Assembly: GCA_963664195.1 (NCBI GenBank)
Contig: OY760907.1
Coordinates: 1-64,000 of the forward strand
DNA from: an uncultured candidate division Zixibacteria bacterium
GTDB lineage: Bacteria > Zixibacteria > MSB-5A5 > GN15 > FEB-12
Direction of reading: 5' to 3'
Length of the DNA stretch: 64,000 bases
Shown: positions 39,855 to 50,106 of the stretch, in pieces
Layout: each line of letters starts with the position of its first letter
Position numbering within the stretch: position 1 is the first letter of the stretch
Position numbers and translations under genes: made by a program
Notes under the pieces: model-generated
Database searches by the model: none
What the model was told of the DNA's origin: nothing
Seen by the model: only the letters and a program-made list of their open reading frames with translations

Positions 39855-39964
39855 CAGATTCCTCCCCTGATTAGGCATTAAATGCGCAGCGTAATGCTAC
39901 ATATCGGACCACCTTATCCATATACTACAATCTCCGTCAGGTTCTGTCAACCCCTTATACAAAC

Positions 39965-39996
39965 AAAACCGTGGCCCCGGTGAAGGAGCCACGGTT
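39965..39996 (-). terminator. Intrinsic terminator
   Basis: AACCGTGGC/GCCACGGTT stem plus T-tract. Confidence 0.75.
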
Positions 39997-40036
39997 GAAG
40001 TTCGTCTCTGTCAGTGCCCGGAAAGGCCGCCGGTGC

Positions 40037-41902
40037 TTACGGGCACGGCGGAAGCGGATCGAGGCTGATGAACAGGTGATCGATCATAATCGTCAGGTCG
40101 GCCATGGTCACAAGATTGTCGAAACTCAGATCAACGTTGCCTTCGTCCACGCAGACGAGCGGCATCAGGCTAATAAACAGGTGATCAATCAGGACAGTCA
40201 GATCTCCCATCGTCACCAAATTGTCGAGGGAGCCATCGACATTGCCAACCGAAGGTCCGGTGCAGCAAGTCAGGCCGGCGGAAACCGATCCTGAATTGAT
40301 GGTCGGCTCGTAGTTGCCGGCATCGCAGTAGAAGGATGGGCTGAACGTAGTGCTGCCGGAGGTGTACTCCTCGACTCGTACCGGATTGACGCCGGAAGCA
40401 CCGGAAGGGATCGTAAACCAGATGCTCAGAACCGGACCGGAACCTGGAGCAAGGTACGGCTGTGAGCCGCTGTTGGAACAGTTCAGGAAGAACGTGACTT
40501 TGTCGTTCCAGTAATCGAAATGCTCCTGCATCTTCTGTTCGAAGTAGTCGGTGCGAAGACCGGCGGTGCTGAAGGAATCATAGACAATACCCAGCGGGCC
40601 ATCGAACTGGACCGGGATCCTGATTTCCTTGATATCGAGGAAGTTCCTCGCATAGACGTCGACCTTCACTGGTTGTCCGGCATCGCCGACTTCCTCCGCC
40701 ATGGTCATGGTGTCAGAGTGCACAGCGATGAAATTCTCAAACGTACGATTCATGGTGCCATGCGGCGTCTCCACAATAGCCTGCACGTCGAATACGCCGG
40801 TCTGCGTGTACGTGTGCGAGATAGTCGGCCCGGCGCCGTATTCACCGTCGCCGAATCCCCAATCCGCGTCTTCCACGGAGTCACGCGGGGCCACAGCTTC
40901 AAAGTTGACGTTCAGCGGCCGCTGACCGAGCGCCGTATTCACATCCAGCACGATTGGCTGGTAGTAAGCTCGTGACGGGTTGCTTCCAACGCTGCAACAG
41001 CCGTATTCGATTCTCATGTAGCCGCTGCCATTGGGGTAACCGTTGGTTTCACCCCAACCGCCCCAGGAATTCCTGAGGAACCAAACACCACCGGTACCCT
41101 GATTATCGTCCCAACCTACCAGCACGACGGCGTGGTTGGTCGGACCTGACTCATGAAGGTTATAAACGCCGCCGTTGTACGAAGGCCAGGTTGTCTCGTT
41201 GGCACGGACTGAGACATACACCGGGCCGTAGTCAATAATGGCCTGTTGAATCTCGGCCACCGACGCCGTGACATTGCCCCACGATTCGAGCCAGTAATGG
41301 TGCTCATACGGGCAGTTGCACGTGCCTTCGACTTGCGTATACTCTTCATCCTCTTCCAACACCGCCCCGTTTCCGCCACAGGGATCGGACGTACTGATGA
41401 ACATGTTGTGCGCGCTGAAACCGCCGTCGCAACCGTAACCCCAGGGGTTACAGTCGAGTACCCATTGTTCTGAGAGATCCACCTCGTAGTTGCCGTCTTT
41501 CGTGGCAATCTGGCACTCCAGTACCCCCGTTGTGGCGAAAGCCCAACAGGAGCCGCAATCACCCTGATCCTTGGCAATAGGCAGGATACAGGAGTCGCGC
41601 CAATCGAACCGATCCGGCAAGGCGCGGGTAACTTTCGAGACCGGAACCGGAGCCGGGTTGTCAGCGGGCGCCAGAGTCGGGTCAAAGCCGCAAAGCTGGT
41701 CGATTGTACGTCCGGTGGCATCGGTCACGCCCACAGTGAACGTCCAGCCCTCTTTCTTGCCGCGCTCCTGGAGGGCAGCGATATCGTCAGAGGTTACTTC
41801 ACCAAAAACCGGCGCAACGGCCAGAACGCAGGCCAGAAGGACGATAACGGTAGCGATTCCAAAAAAGCGCTGTTTTGTTCTACTGGTTAGCAGATGTGAC
41901 AC
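40037..41902 (-). CDS. Secreted papain-like (C1A) cysteine protease with PKD, cohesin-like and dockerin-like domains
   Basis: LPDRFDWR, DQGDCGSCWAF, NHAVVLVGWD and RNSWG. GTG start after AAGGAG. Confidence 0.92.
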   Translation of the reverse strand: MSHLLTSRTKQRFFGIATVIVLLACVLAVAPVFGEVTSDDIAALQERGKKEGWTFTVGVTDATGRTIDQLCGFDPTLAPADNPAPVPVSKVTRALPDRFDWRDSCILPIAKDQGDCGSCWAFATTGVLECQIATKDGNYEVDLSEQWVLDCNPWGYGCDGGFSAHNMFISTSDPCGGNGAVLEEDEEYTQVEGTCNCPYEHHYWLESWGNVTASVAEIQQAIIDYGPVYVSVRANETTWPSYNGGVYNLHESGPTNHAVVLVGWDDNQGTGGVWFLRNSWGGWGETNGYPNGSGYMRIEYGCCSVGSNPSRAYYQPIVLDVNTALGQRPLNVNFEAVAPRDSVEDADWGFGDGEYGAGPTISHTYTQTGVFDVQAIVETPHGTMNRTFENFIAVHSDTMTMAEEVGDAGQPVKVDVYARNFLDIKEIRIPVQFDGPLGIVYDSFSTAGLRTDYFEQKMQEHFDYWNDKVTFFLNCSNSGSQPYLAPGSGPVLSIWFTIPSGASGVNPVRVEEYTSGSTTFSPSFYCDAGNYEPTINSGSVSAGLTCCTGPSVGNVDGSLDNLVTMGDLTVLIDHLFISLMPLVCVDEGNVDLSFDNLVTMADLTIMIDHLFISLDPLPPCP

Positions 41903-42052
41903 AGCGGGCTCCTTTCATGTAAGCTGAGAGGTGGGAACGGTTTCGACGGAAGGGTACATTAATGATACGTTTCCCGGCCCCTGAATCGGGGAGTGAGGCC
42001 AGAGGCAGGAAATGCGCTAAGTTCCTATCAATATGACATACTAACATAGACT

Positions 42053-42081
42053 AATATAGAGACCATGAGTCCGTTTGTCAA
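42053..42081 (-). promoter_or_regulatory. Sigma70-type promoter
   Basis: TTGACA-N17-TATATT. Confidence 0.65.
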
Positions 42082-42272
42082 GCACTCTTCGTCACACAGG
42101 CCCGCCGATGCACTCAAAAAACCCGATAACGGGCAACTCGACAACAACTTGGGCCTTATTTCACGGCGGTCAGCCGCCTATTTCTTTCTATCGACAGTTG
42201 CCGGAAATGCCATAGCAGGGAGACGGTCCGGACCGGCAATTGAACCAACAACCTGCTCAGATTCCGACCAAC

Positions 42273-44486
42273 CTACGGACAGGGCGATAACGGGTCAAGA
42301 CTGATAAACAAGTGATCAATCAGAACCGTTAGATCTGCCATCGTTACCGCGTCATCCGGAGACATATCAACATTGGCCTCATCAACACAAACCACCGGGG
42401 TCAGCGAGATGAAGAGATGATCGATCAGAATCGTCAGATCGCCCATTGTAACCTGACCGTCAAGCGATGCATCTACGTTGCCAACGGATGATCCCGTGCA
42501 GCACGTGGCGGGATACACAATCGCTCCGTCGTATATCTCCGGCGTATAGGTTCCGGCATGGCTTTCAAGTTCCGGATCAATAGAATTATAACTAGTGATT
42601 TTGATCGCGTTTGAATCGGCTACTGCTCCCGCGGGGACCGTAAACCACAGGCTCACAACGGCCCCCGTTCCCGGTTCGAGCGGCGGACTGGTCTCGGAAT
42701 GAGAGCATACCAGTTCCACTGCGGCCCGGTTGTTGAAGTAATCGAAATTAGTCTGTGTCTGAGATTCGAAATACTCTGTGCGCAGGCCGGCAGTTGAGAA
42801 CGAGTCATACACTAGCGCCAGCGGACCGTCAAAAACATACGGAATCTCAATTCGTTGCACGTCGAGAGCATTTCGGAGGTTCACATCAACCTTGACCACT
42901 TCCCCGGGGTAGGCCACTACCGACCCCATAGTCATCGTATCGGCATAGGCAGACACCATGTGCGGAATTGTCAGCTCGAAAGCATCGGCACCGTGAGTCA
43001 TCCTCACGTAAACGTCGTGACATCCGGGCTGAGTGTATTCGTGGGTCGGATTTTGAACCGCGGCCCCTTCGCCGTCACCAAAGTCCCAACTGGTGACCGT
43101 TCCCGCAAAACCGAGATCCGACGTAAAGTCGACAGTCAACGGCAACGGCCCAATTTCCATGGACGCCGTGACAACCGGCTGTTTCCTGAGGGTGGGATCA
43201 CCAATCAGCGTCATTCCGTAATACCAGCAAAGCTCCCAATCGGCGAAGCCACCAGCAGCCTGATCAGAAAACCAATCTCGGAACGCCTCACCTATCGTCA
43301 GCCCTTCACCAAACGGCTCGTAGAAATCGTTGAATTCAAGCATTGAGCCGGTTTTCGTGCTGCCTATGCAAGCGAGCCCGTAGGACTGAGCGAACACGTA
43401 CCACCCGCCCATGTAGTTCGGCGAGACATACCGCACGTTCGAGCACGCAAACAGGTTAAAGAAATGCGCCACCGGGTCAATCTCCTTAACCTCGGCCACA
43501 GAGGTGTAGCTCCAGATATCGCCCGGCTGATGGAAACTGTGAAAGTCGGGACTGGAGTGAACGCAGACTTCGACAAAGTCGTACCCGCCTGGCAGGTAAC
43601 TCTCATAATGACTGGCGCAGGTCTGCTCCATATCGCTGAAGAAATCTCGATCACCGTAAGCGTTGCCCACATCGGCGTCCCAGGCCGATGCCGAGCCGGT
43701 CCAGTCGTCGTCCACATACACCAGCGCCCTGCTGTTGATCGGAAGGCGTCCGGTACGATACAAATGATTCTTGCGGAAATAGTTTCCCAGCAGTCCGGCC
43801 TCGGAGGAACTGTCCATCGTCAGTGGTGAAGCGGTCAGTCGCCCCATCCAGATTTCCGGGGCAACATCGCCTGAGTGCGAGTCAAAACGGCTGTCGCCGT
43901 CTGAATCGCCGAATACACCATCCATGTCCATGTAGTACAGGTCTGTCGGAAACTGTTCGTGTTCCAGCGGGTCCCAGCAGTCTTTCTCATACCACGCGAC
44001 CGGCAGATCACCAATGAAGACACAGCCGACCATTCCCGCAGCATACCGACCCTGAAGAAACGTGCGAAGATCAACGGGGAGTCCACCCGTGGTGGTGTAT
44101 AGCTCGACCTCGAATCCATCATTGCTCAGATCGTCGAGATACCGATCAATCGAGGCTTTTACGTCCCCATACGTATCTGTGTTCGCCACCACGCAAACCT
44201 TGCCTTCGAGCGCGGCTTTCAGTGAGGCCGACCGGAAAGCGGTCTGCTTGATCTGGAACGGACCACGGACGTTGGAATTCTGGAACCACTCGTCGTATGA
44301 AATCGGCGTGCTACCCTCAGGGTCCACCCACTTTGTCACTTCAATCCCCCACGGATTGTCGACAAAGGTTGCTTCCTCAGGCTCGTCAGCGGCATCCTGC
44401 GCCACAACCGCCGCGCTCACCGTAATCATGGCACCACAGAGGATCAGCCATTTCCATCCGGACAGGCGTGAGAGGCTTCCAAACAT
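42273..44486 (-). CDS. Secreted C25 (gingipain-like) cysteine peptidase with PKD, cohesin-like and dockerin-like domains
   Basis: FIGDLP, PTDLYYMDMDG, PEIWMGRL, His (VCVHSS), Cys (LFACS) and LIGDPTL. Confidence 0.85.
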   Translation of the reverse strand: MFGSLSRLSGWKWLILCGAMITVSAAVVAQDAADEPEEATFVDNPWGIEVTKWVDPEGSTPISYDEWFQNSNVRGPFQIKQTAFRSASLKAALEGKVCVVANTDTYGDVKASIDRYLDDLSNDGFEVELYTTTGGLPVDLRTFLQGRYAAGMVGCVFIGDLPVAWYEKDCWDPLEHEQFPTDLYYMDMDGVFGDSDGDSRFDSHSGDVAPEIWMGRLTASPLTMDSSSEAGLLGNYFRKNHLYRTGRLPINSRALVYVDDDWTGSASAWDADVGNAYGDRDFFSDMEQTCASHYESYLPGGYDFVEVCVHSSPDFHSFHQPGDIWSYTSVAEVKEIDPVAHFFNLFACSNVRYVSPNYMGGWYVFAQSYGLACIGSTKTGSMLEFNDFYEPFGEGLTIGEAFRDWFSDQAAGGFADWELCWYYGMTLIGDPTLRKQPVVTASMEIGPLPLTVDFTSDLGFAGTVTSWDFGDGEGAAVQNPTHEYTQPGCHDVYVRMTHGADAFELTIPHMVSAYADTMTMGSVVAYPGEVVKVDVNLRNALDVQRIEIPYVFDGPLALVYDSFSTAGLRTEYFESQTQTNFDYFNNRAAVELVCSHSETSPPLEPGTGAVVSLWFTVPAGAVADSNAIKITSYNSIDPELESHAGTYTPEIYDGAIVYPATCCTGSSVGNVDASLDGQVTMGDLTILIDHLFISLTPVVCVDEANVDMSPDDAVTMADLTVLIDHLFISLDPLSPCP

Positions 44487-44568
44487 CTCTTGTCTCCGAA
44501 ATCTTGTCATTCTTCAGTTCTGTTTCGACGGAGGGAACCGCCAAACTGTCTCTTCTCTTTGTATCGGC

Positions 44569-46422
44569 TTACGGACAGGGTGCCAAAGGCGCCAGCGAAA
44601 TAAACAGGTGGTCAATCAGCACCGTCAAATCGCCCATCGTGACGCTCTTATCTATACTGCCGTCCACATTCCCCTCATCAATACACGTCAGTGGGGCCAA
44701 CGAGATGAAGAGGTGGTCGATCAGTATCGTCAGGTCACCCATCGTTACCATGTTATCGGGAGAGCTATCTACATTGCCTACCGATGGACCGGAACAACAA
44801 GTAGACGAATAAGTCACCGCTCCGTTGAACGCAACCGCAGGATATTCCCCGGGGTATGTTGTCAGGGTCGGAGCAAAAGAAGCATAATTGGTGAAATCTA
44901 TCGGGTTGTCAGCAGACACGGGCACTGCCGGCATGGTGAACCACAAGCTGACCACCGGACCACTACCGGGCGCCAGGTACGGCGAGGTCCCGGAATTGGA
45001 ACAGGTCAGCAGAACCGTGGCCCGGTCATTCCAGTAATCGAAGTTCACCTGGTTCTGCAGCTCGAAGTACTCAGTCCTGAGACCGACCGTTGAGAAGGAA
45101 TCGTACACCAGGGCGAGCGGTCCCTCCCAGGTGAACGGAATCTCCAGGGCCTTCACGTCAAGAAAGTTGTGCATCGAGACATCCACCCGAACCGGCTGGC
45201 CGGGTTCACCCTCAACTTCACCCACGAACATCGAATCAGCGTACACTGAGACCATGTGCGGGCGGGCTTCTTCAAACGTCCCGTTGGCAGTCGTGAAGGT
45301 CGCCGTGACATCGTAGTGCCCCGGTGTCGGATAGAGATGAGTTGATCCCGGACCAAACGCCGACTGGCTGTCACCAAACTCCCACTCACAGGCTGAGATC
45401 GAATCCATCGGCGTTTCGACATTGAAATCAACCGTCAAAGGCGACGGGCCAAAGCTATTGTCGGCCTCAACGCTGACACCGTGGTAGTACATCCATGCAG
45501 AGGCATACCCCACCTGGTTGCAGTTATATTCGATGCGGCAATATCCGCCGTCTTCACCCCACATGGTTCCCCAGGAATTGCGCATGAACCAGACTCCGCC
45601 GGCTCCCTGCGAGTCATCCCAACCGACCAGCACCACGGCGTGGTTGATACCACCACCGGCGTGTTCGTTGAAAATGCCGCCGCTGTATCCCTGAAGGGCG
45701 TCAGTCGCGTTAATCGCTACCGAAATCGGACCGTGATCGAGAATCGCCTGCTTGATCGTGTTCACCGAAGGCGTACTGTGCTGGTAGCCGATGTACGACC
45801 AGTCCTCGATGACGTAGTGATGCTGATAGGGACACTCACAGGGAATGTCGGCAGCAACGTATGGAAAATCCTCCTCGAGGACGGCACCTGATGAATCACA
45901 CTCGTCGGGTCGGGCAAGGAAGTGATCGTACGCATACCAACCACCGTCTTCGCAATCGTACCCCTGCGTGTTGCAGCTCACGAGGTACTGCTCGGAAAGG
46001 TCGACATCGACGCCGTCTTTGAGCTTGATCTGAGACTCAAACGGGCCGATTGTCGCAAATGCCCAGCAGCTTCCACAACTGGCCTGATCCTTGACCATCG
46101 TCAGATCGCCTACGTCGCGCCAGTCGAAATACGACGGCAGGTCTTTGGACGTGGCCTCGGTGTTGTCCCAGCGGCCTTTTTCGCGCCAATCCGAAGGCTC
46201 AACCAAACCGGTGAGTTCATCGCTAGTATGCTCTGTCGCAGGGTTTGCGCTGATCTCGAAAGTCCAGCCGGCACTTCGGCCCTGCTGGCGCAGTGCCTCG
46301 ATGTCATTGGCGGTCATTTGGCCGAATACGGGGGCGATCCCCGCCAGTAAGATGATCGTAAGTGCTAAAAGACTGATCCTGAACGGCATACGATGTCTCC
46401 CGATTCCTGGTATATAAGACAC
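44569..46422 (-). CDS. Secreted papain-like (C1A) cysteine protease with PKD, cohesin-like and dockerin-like domains
   Basis: LPSYFDWR, DQASCGSCWAF, NHAVVLVGWD and RNSWG. Paralog of 40037-41902. Confidence 0.92.
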   Translation of the reverse strand: MSYIPGIGRHRMPFRISLLALTIILLAGIAPVFGQMTANDIEALRQQGRSAGWTFEISANPATEHTSDELTGLVEPSDWREKGRWDNTEATSKDLPSYFDWRDVGDLTMVKDQASCGSCWAFATIGPFESQIKLKDGVDVDLSEQYLVSCNTQGYDCEDGGWYAYDHFLARPDECDSSGAVLEEDFPYVAADIPCECPYQHHYVIEDWSYIGYQHSTPSVNTIKQAILDHGPISVAINATDALQGYSGGIFNEHAGGGINHAVVLVGWDDSQGAGGVWFMRNSWGTMWGEDGGYCRIEYNCNQVGYASAWMYYHGVSVEADNSFGPSPLTVDFNVETPMDSISACEWEFGDSQSAFGPGSTHLYPTPGHYDVTATFTTANGTFEEARPHMVSVYADSMFVGEVEGEPGQPVRVDVSMHNFLDVKALEIPFTWEGPLALVYDSFSTVGLRTEYFELQNQVNFDYWNDRATVLLTCSNSGTSPYLAPGSGPVVSLWFTMPAVPVSADNPIDFTNYASFAPTLTTYPGEYPAVAFNGAVTYSSTCCSGPSVGNVDSSPDNMVTMGDLTILIDHLFISLAPLTCIDEGNVDGSIDKSVTMGDLTVLIDHLFISLAPLAPCP

Positions 46423-46601
46423 ATCAAGCTCCTTATTTCGACGAATGGGCGATGGGGATCGGTCATGGCGGAAGGGTTCTGCAGTGCTACCTATCTCGCA
46501 TCCCTGTCTGTCAGCGCCGGATGCGGATAAGGAAACGCGCCTGTGAGGTAATGCGAAGGCACGGATACCCGCGTACGGTGTATAACCTAATATCGTGCCT
46601 C

Positions 46602-46630
46602 AATTTACAATCTTTTTAAAGATTTGTCAA
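46602..46630 (-). promoter_or_regulatory. Sigma70-type promoter with a palindromic spacer
   Basis: TTGACA-N17-TAAATT. The spacer contains AATCTTT-AA-AAAGATT. Confidence 0.6.
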
Positions 46631-46819
46631 GACAAGCTTGCCGGGATCGGCTAATAGTTCCCTGATTGTACCGCGCGGTACTGTCGGCATTATGGTGCTG
46701 TTTGCTCTGAGATCAGACCACTCGCAACAGAGTGGCATCATAACTCCGATTATCTCCATTGCGCTTGCGTTTCGCACAAGGAGTCGTATATTGGCGGAAA
46801 AATACCGGGAGGCCCCTCT

Positions 46820-47713
46820 ATGCAAATGTTCAGAACATCGTTTCGCGTCGTCTTCTGTCTTGTTGCCGTTTTCTGTATGGCACAGACGGGCAATGCAACG
46901 GAAGCGTCACGCATTGAACTTCACGACGGGACAGTGTACGAAAACGCGGTTTTCACCGTCGACAACACCTACCGCACAGTTGACATCAAGTCTGGTGACT
47001 GGACGCGCACGGTCAGTATGACTGAGATCGCCCAAATACTAGCCCCTGATGGAACAGACATCACGGCGGACTACATTGAGAACTATGTCGCTCCGGAGAG
47101 CGCGACAGAGATAGTCGGAGACGAGGCGCCGGGAAATGCGGGGGGAAACTCTACGCGTGCGCGTCGCAAAACACCTTTCAGTGCCGGTATACGGGTCGGC
47201 GCCAACTACAGCTTCCCCATCGGTACCTGGTTTGACGGCTTCAAGTCCGCTGTCGGTTTCGACGTTGACGTGTTTTTCCCGGTCAGCAGCGAACTGGCGA
47301 TCCGTGGATCGCTCTCCAAAGCAGGGCTGGGGATGGACGATATGAACTTGTTCGCGGATGGCCAATACTATTCGATGGAAGTTAGTGCCGACGTGTGGCG
47401 CTATTTGGTGTCGGTCCAATGGTACAAATGGCCGCAATGGCGGGGTGACGGTAAAACAATGTACTCCTTCTGGACCGGTCTGGGCGTTACCGACCACAAG
47501 CTGAGCGCCGGGGGAGCGAGCGTTGGAGAGAGCAAATTCACCCTCACGACCGGCGGCAGCATAATGACGTTGGTTGCGGAGAAAACAGGGATCGAATTCG
47601 GAGCCGGTTTCGACGTCCTCTACATCGGATCTGTCGATGGCGCGTACGGCAGCAGTGGGTTCCAGAGAGCGGGTATCTTTGATCTGAAGATCGGACTGGT
47701 CCAGCTTTTCTAA
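46820..47713 (+). CDS. Outer-membrane beta-barrel protein (OmpA/OmpW-like) with an N-terminal extra domain
   Basis: Signal peptide, alternating amphipathic strands and terminal Phe (VQLF). Confidence 0.7.
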   Translation: MQMFRTSFRVVFCLVAVFCMAQTGNATEASRIELHDGTVYENAVFTVDNTYRTVDIKSGDWTRTVSMTEIAQILAPDGTDITADYIENYVAPESATEIVGDEAPGNAGGNSTRARRKTPFSAGIRVGANYSFPIGTWFDGFKSAVGFDVDVFFPVSSELAIRGSLSKAGLGMDDMNLFADGQYYSMEVSADVWRYLVSVQWYKWPQWRGDGKTMYSFWTGLGVTDHKLSAGGASVGESKFTLTTGGSIMTLVAEKTGIEFGAGFDVLYIGSVDGAYGSSGFQRAGIFDLKIGLVQLF

Positions 47714-47762
47714 AGGGCAGTCAAAGAGAACGATACTAGTGATGGGAAGGGATAGAAGATAA

Positions 47763-48305
47763 ATGAGAACAATCGAAAAAGTCGGTGTCCTGTTTGTGTT
47801 ACTTAGTGCGACACTTCTGATCGTGGGATGTGGGGCAAAATACCGGGTGACTCAGCCTCTGGAGGTTCCGCTTGAATCACAGAGCATTTGCGTAGTCGGG
47901 GAAATCACCGACGCACTCCCTGCCGACTTTGAACCTGAGGACAAGCCGACCCTGGATCATATCAATATGCTCCGCAGATATATCGAGGAGGAGCTGAACA
48001 ACAAAGAGGTTCTTCAAACTACCACGATAGCCACGAGCAAGGCCCGTTATGAGGTGACCGGGAGTATCCTGGATTTCGGCAAGGGCAGCGGTGCGGCACG
48101 ATTCTTCATCGGGTTTGGCGCCGGCAGTGCCAAGTTGACCGTCGAGTTGACTCTGAAGGATATTCAATCGGGTGAAGTGATCTTCGCCGCCAATTTCAAT
48201 CAGACAGTATCGAGTTGGACGGAATCGGGCGACGAGTCATTCAAGAGAGTTGCAAAGGATTTCGCCAAGGCGCTCGAAAAAAACGCCAAGAATTTGAGCC
48301 TGTAA
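47763..48305 (+). CDS. DUF4410-like lipoprotein
   Basis: Lipobox IVGC and GSGAARFFIGFGAGSA. Confidence 0.8.
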   Translation: MRTIEKVGVLFVLLSATLLIVGCGAKYRVTQPLEVPLESQSICVVGEITDALPADFEPEDKPTLDHINMLRRYIEEELNNKEVLQTTTIATSKARYEVTGSILDFGKGSGAARFFIGFGAGSAKLTVELTLKDIQSGEVIFAANFNQTVSSWTESGDESFKRVAKDFAKALEKNAKNLSL

Positions 48306-48340
48306 GTTTCCGAACAACGCTTCGAGAGAAAACGCGCATC

Positions 48341-48370
48341 AAGCCGGGCTTCAAGCCCGGCTTTTTCTTT
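48341..48370 (+). terminator. Intrinsic terminator
   Basis: AAGCCGGGCT-TCA-AGCCCGGCTTTTTCTTT. Confidence 0.85.
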
Positions 48371-48464
48371 GCCAACCGTAAGATACTCAACTTCTCTTGA
48401 TTCGTGAAGCATGTCTCATTACACTATGCGAATACGGAACTGGCACTACAGGACAGGAGACAGA

Positions 48465-50030
48465 ATGATAGCAAAACAACCCCGCACCACCCCCTTTCTC
48501 GCGGCACTCTGTGCCCTGCTACTGCTGATCGCATCCTGCGATTCTGGCGGATCGTCAGAAATAGACAAAGCTCTCGAACTGGCCGGAGATAACCGAGGTG
48601 AGATCGAGGCTGTGCTCACTCACTACGAGAACGAGGGGGACACGCTCAAACTGCAGGCGGCCGAGTACCTCATTGCCAACATGGAAGGTCATTGCTACGT
48701 CACCTACAAGCTGGTCGATACGTCCGGGGCCGAAGTTGAATTCGATGCGCTCGCGTTTCCCGATTACGATTCCCTGCTCACCGTATGCTCCGCGATTGAG
48801 CAGGCACGCGGCGAGTTGGATTACGAACGCAAGGACAAGATCGAAGACCTCGAGACAATCACCTCGGATTTCCTCATCGAGCAGATCGACCTTGCTTTCC
48901 GCGCCTGGCGCGAAAAACCCTGGGCCAAAGGAATGCCGTTTGATCGTTTCTGTCAGTATGTCCTCCCCTACCGAGGCAGTAACGAACCGATTGAGCCCTG
49001 GCGGCAGAAGTTCTTTGACGACTACGCCGACCTCGATTCTTCTATCACCGATCCGGTCAGGGCAGCGTCGGCGATCAACCAGGATGTCCGGTCGTGGTTT
49101 GGTTTTGATCCGAGGTTCTACCTGCACCCTACCGATCAGGGCTTGTCCGAGATGATGGTCAACAAGCTCGGACGGTGCGAAGACATGACCAACATCACCA
49201 TCTACGCCCTGAGAGCCAACGGTCTGGCGGTCACCAGCGACTATACGCCGTACTGGGCGAACTCCGGCAACAATCACGCCTGGAACGCGATAGTAACCGC
49301 CGACGGCACGGTGATTCCGTTCATGGGAGCTGAAGCCGATCCAGGCGAATACAGCCTATCCAACAAAGTCGGCAAGGTCTACCGAAAGACCTTCGGCAAA
49401 CAGTGGGACAACCTCGCCTTCGTGGAACACAAACAGGAGAAAGTCCCCCGTTGGCTCGCAGGCAAGAACTACCAGGACGTCACCGCTGACTATGTTGACG
49501 CCGTAGACGTCACGGTCGAGTTTGACCAACCTGTTCCTGACTCGGTTGACATCGCCTATCTCTGCGTTTTCAACTCCGGTGAATGGAAAGCCATCCACTG
49601 GGCGAGAATCGAGAATGGCAAAGCTGTGTTCAACGATATGGGACCGGATGTCATGTACCTTCCAGCACTCTACCTCAACGAAGAGATCGTCCCGTTTGGT
49701 ATTCCGTTCCTGTTGGTCGGCGTGAATGAGAAAGTCGAGTTCAGGTGCAATCCGGAGACGACAGGTTCCATACAGCTTGCGGCAACCACAAAGCAGAAAC
49801 AGGCCAAGTCGACAGACTCGGTCGAGAAATCGTACCTGAGCGACGATCAGGAATACGAGCTGTTTTACTGGAGCGACGGCTGGCAGACGGCGGGCAAGTC
49901 TGTCGCCGGCAAAAAACCGCTGGCATTCAACAACGTCCCTGAAGGCTGCCTGTACTGGCTGGTAGAAAACGGATCGGACCGCGAGGAACGAATCTTCACG
50001 ATCGAAGAGGGTAAGCAAACCTGGTGGTAA
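48465..50030 (+). CDS. Transglutaminase-like domain lipoprotein
   Basis: Lipobox IASC, ALELAGDNR.E, YVLPYR..NEP, GRCED (Cys) and NHAWN (His). Confidence 0.85.
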   Translation: MIAKQPRTTPFLAALCALLLLIASCDSGGSSEIDKALELAGDNRGEIEAVLTHYENEGDTLKLQAAEYLIANMEGHCYVTYKLVDTSGAEVEFDALAFPDYDSLLTVCSAIEQARGELDYERKDKIEDLETITSDFLIEQIDLAFRAWREKPWAKGMPFDRFCQYVLPYRGSNEPIEPWRQKFFDDYADLDSSITDPVRAASAINQDVRSWFGFDPRFYLHPTDQGLSEMMVNKLGRCEDMTNITIYALRANGLAVTSDYTPYWANSGNNHAWNAIVTADGTVIPFMGAEADPGEYSLSNKVGKVYRKTFGKQWDNLAFVEHKQEKVPRWLAGKNYQDVTADYVDAVDVTVEFDQPVPDSVDIAYLCVFNSGEWKAIHWARIENGKAVFNDMGPDVMYLPALYLNEEIVPFGIPFLLVGVNEKVEFRCNPETTGSIQLAATTKQKQAKSTDSVEKSYLSDDQEYELFYWSDGWQTAGKSVAGKKPLAFNNVPEGCLYWLVENGSDREERIFTIEEGKQTWW

Positions 50031-50048
50031 TTCCCGACTGTGAACATG

Positions 50049-50085
50049 AGCGGTCGCCATCGCGATGATAGCGGCCGCTTTCTTC
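50049..50085. terminator. Terminator between convergent genes
   Basis: AGCGGTCGC...GCGGCCGCT stem followed by TTTCTT. Confidence 0.6.
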
Positions 50086-50106
50086 TGTCCGTTCGTTGTT
50101 ACGATC

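Noticed and set aside
44062..45093. Long plus-strand ORFs (also 4356-5036, 8615-9370, 14188-14880, 55240-55938)
   Set aside because: Antisense shadows of well-supported genes, with no motifs or RBS.
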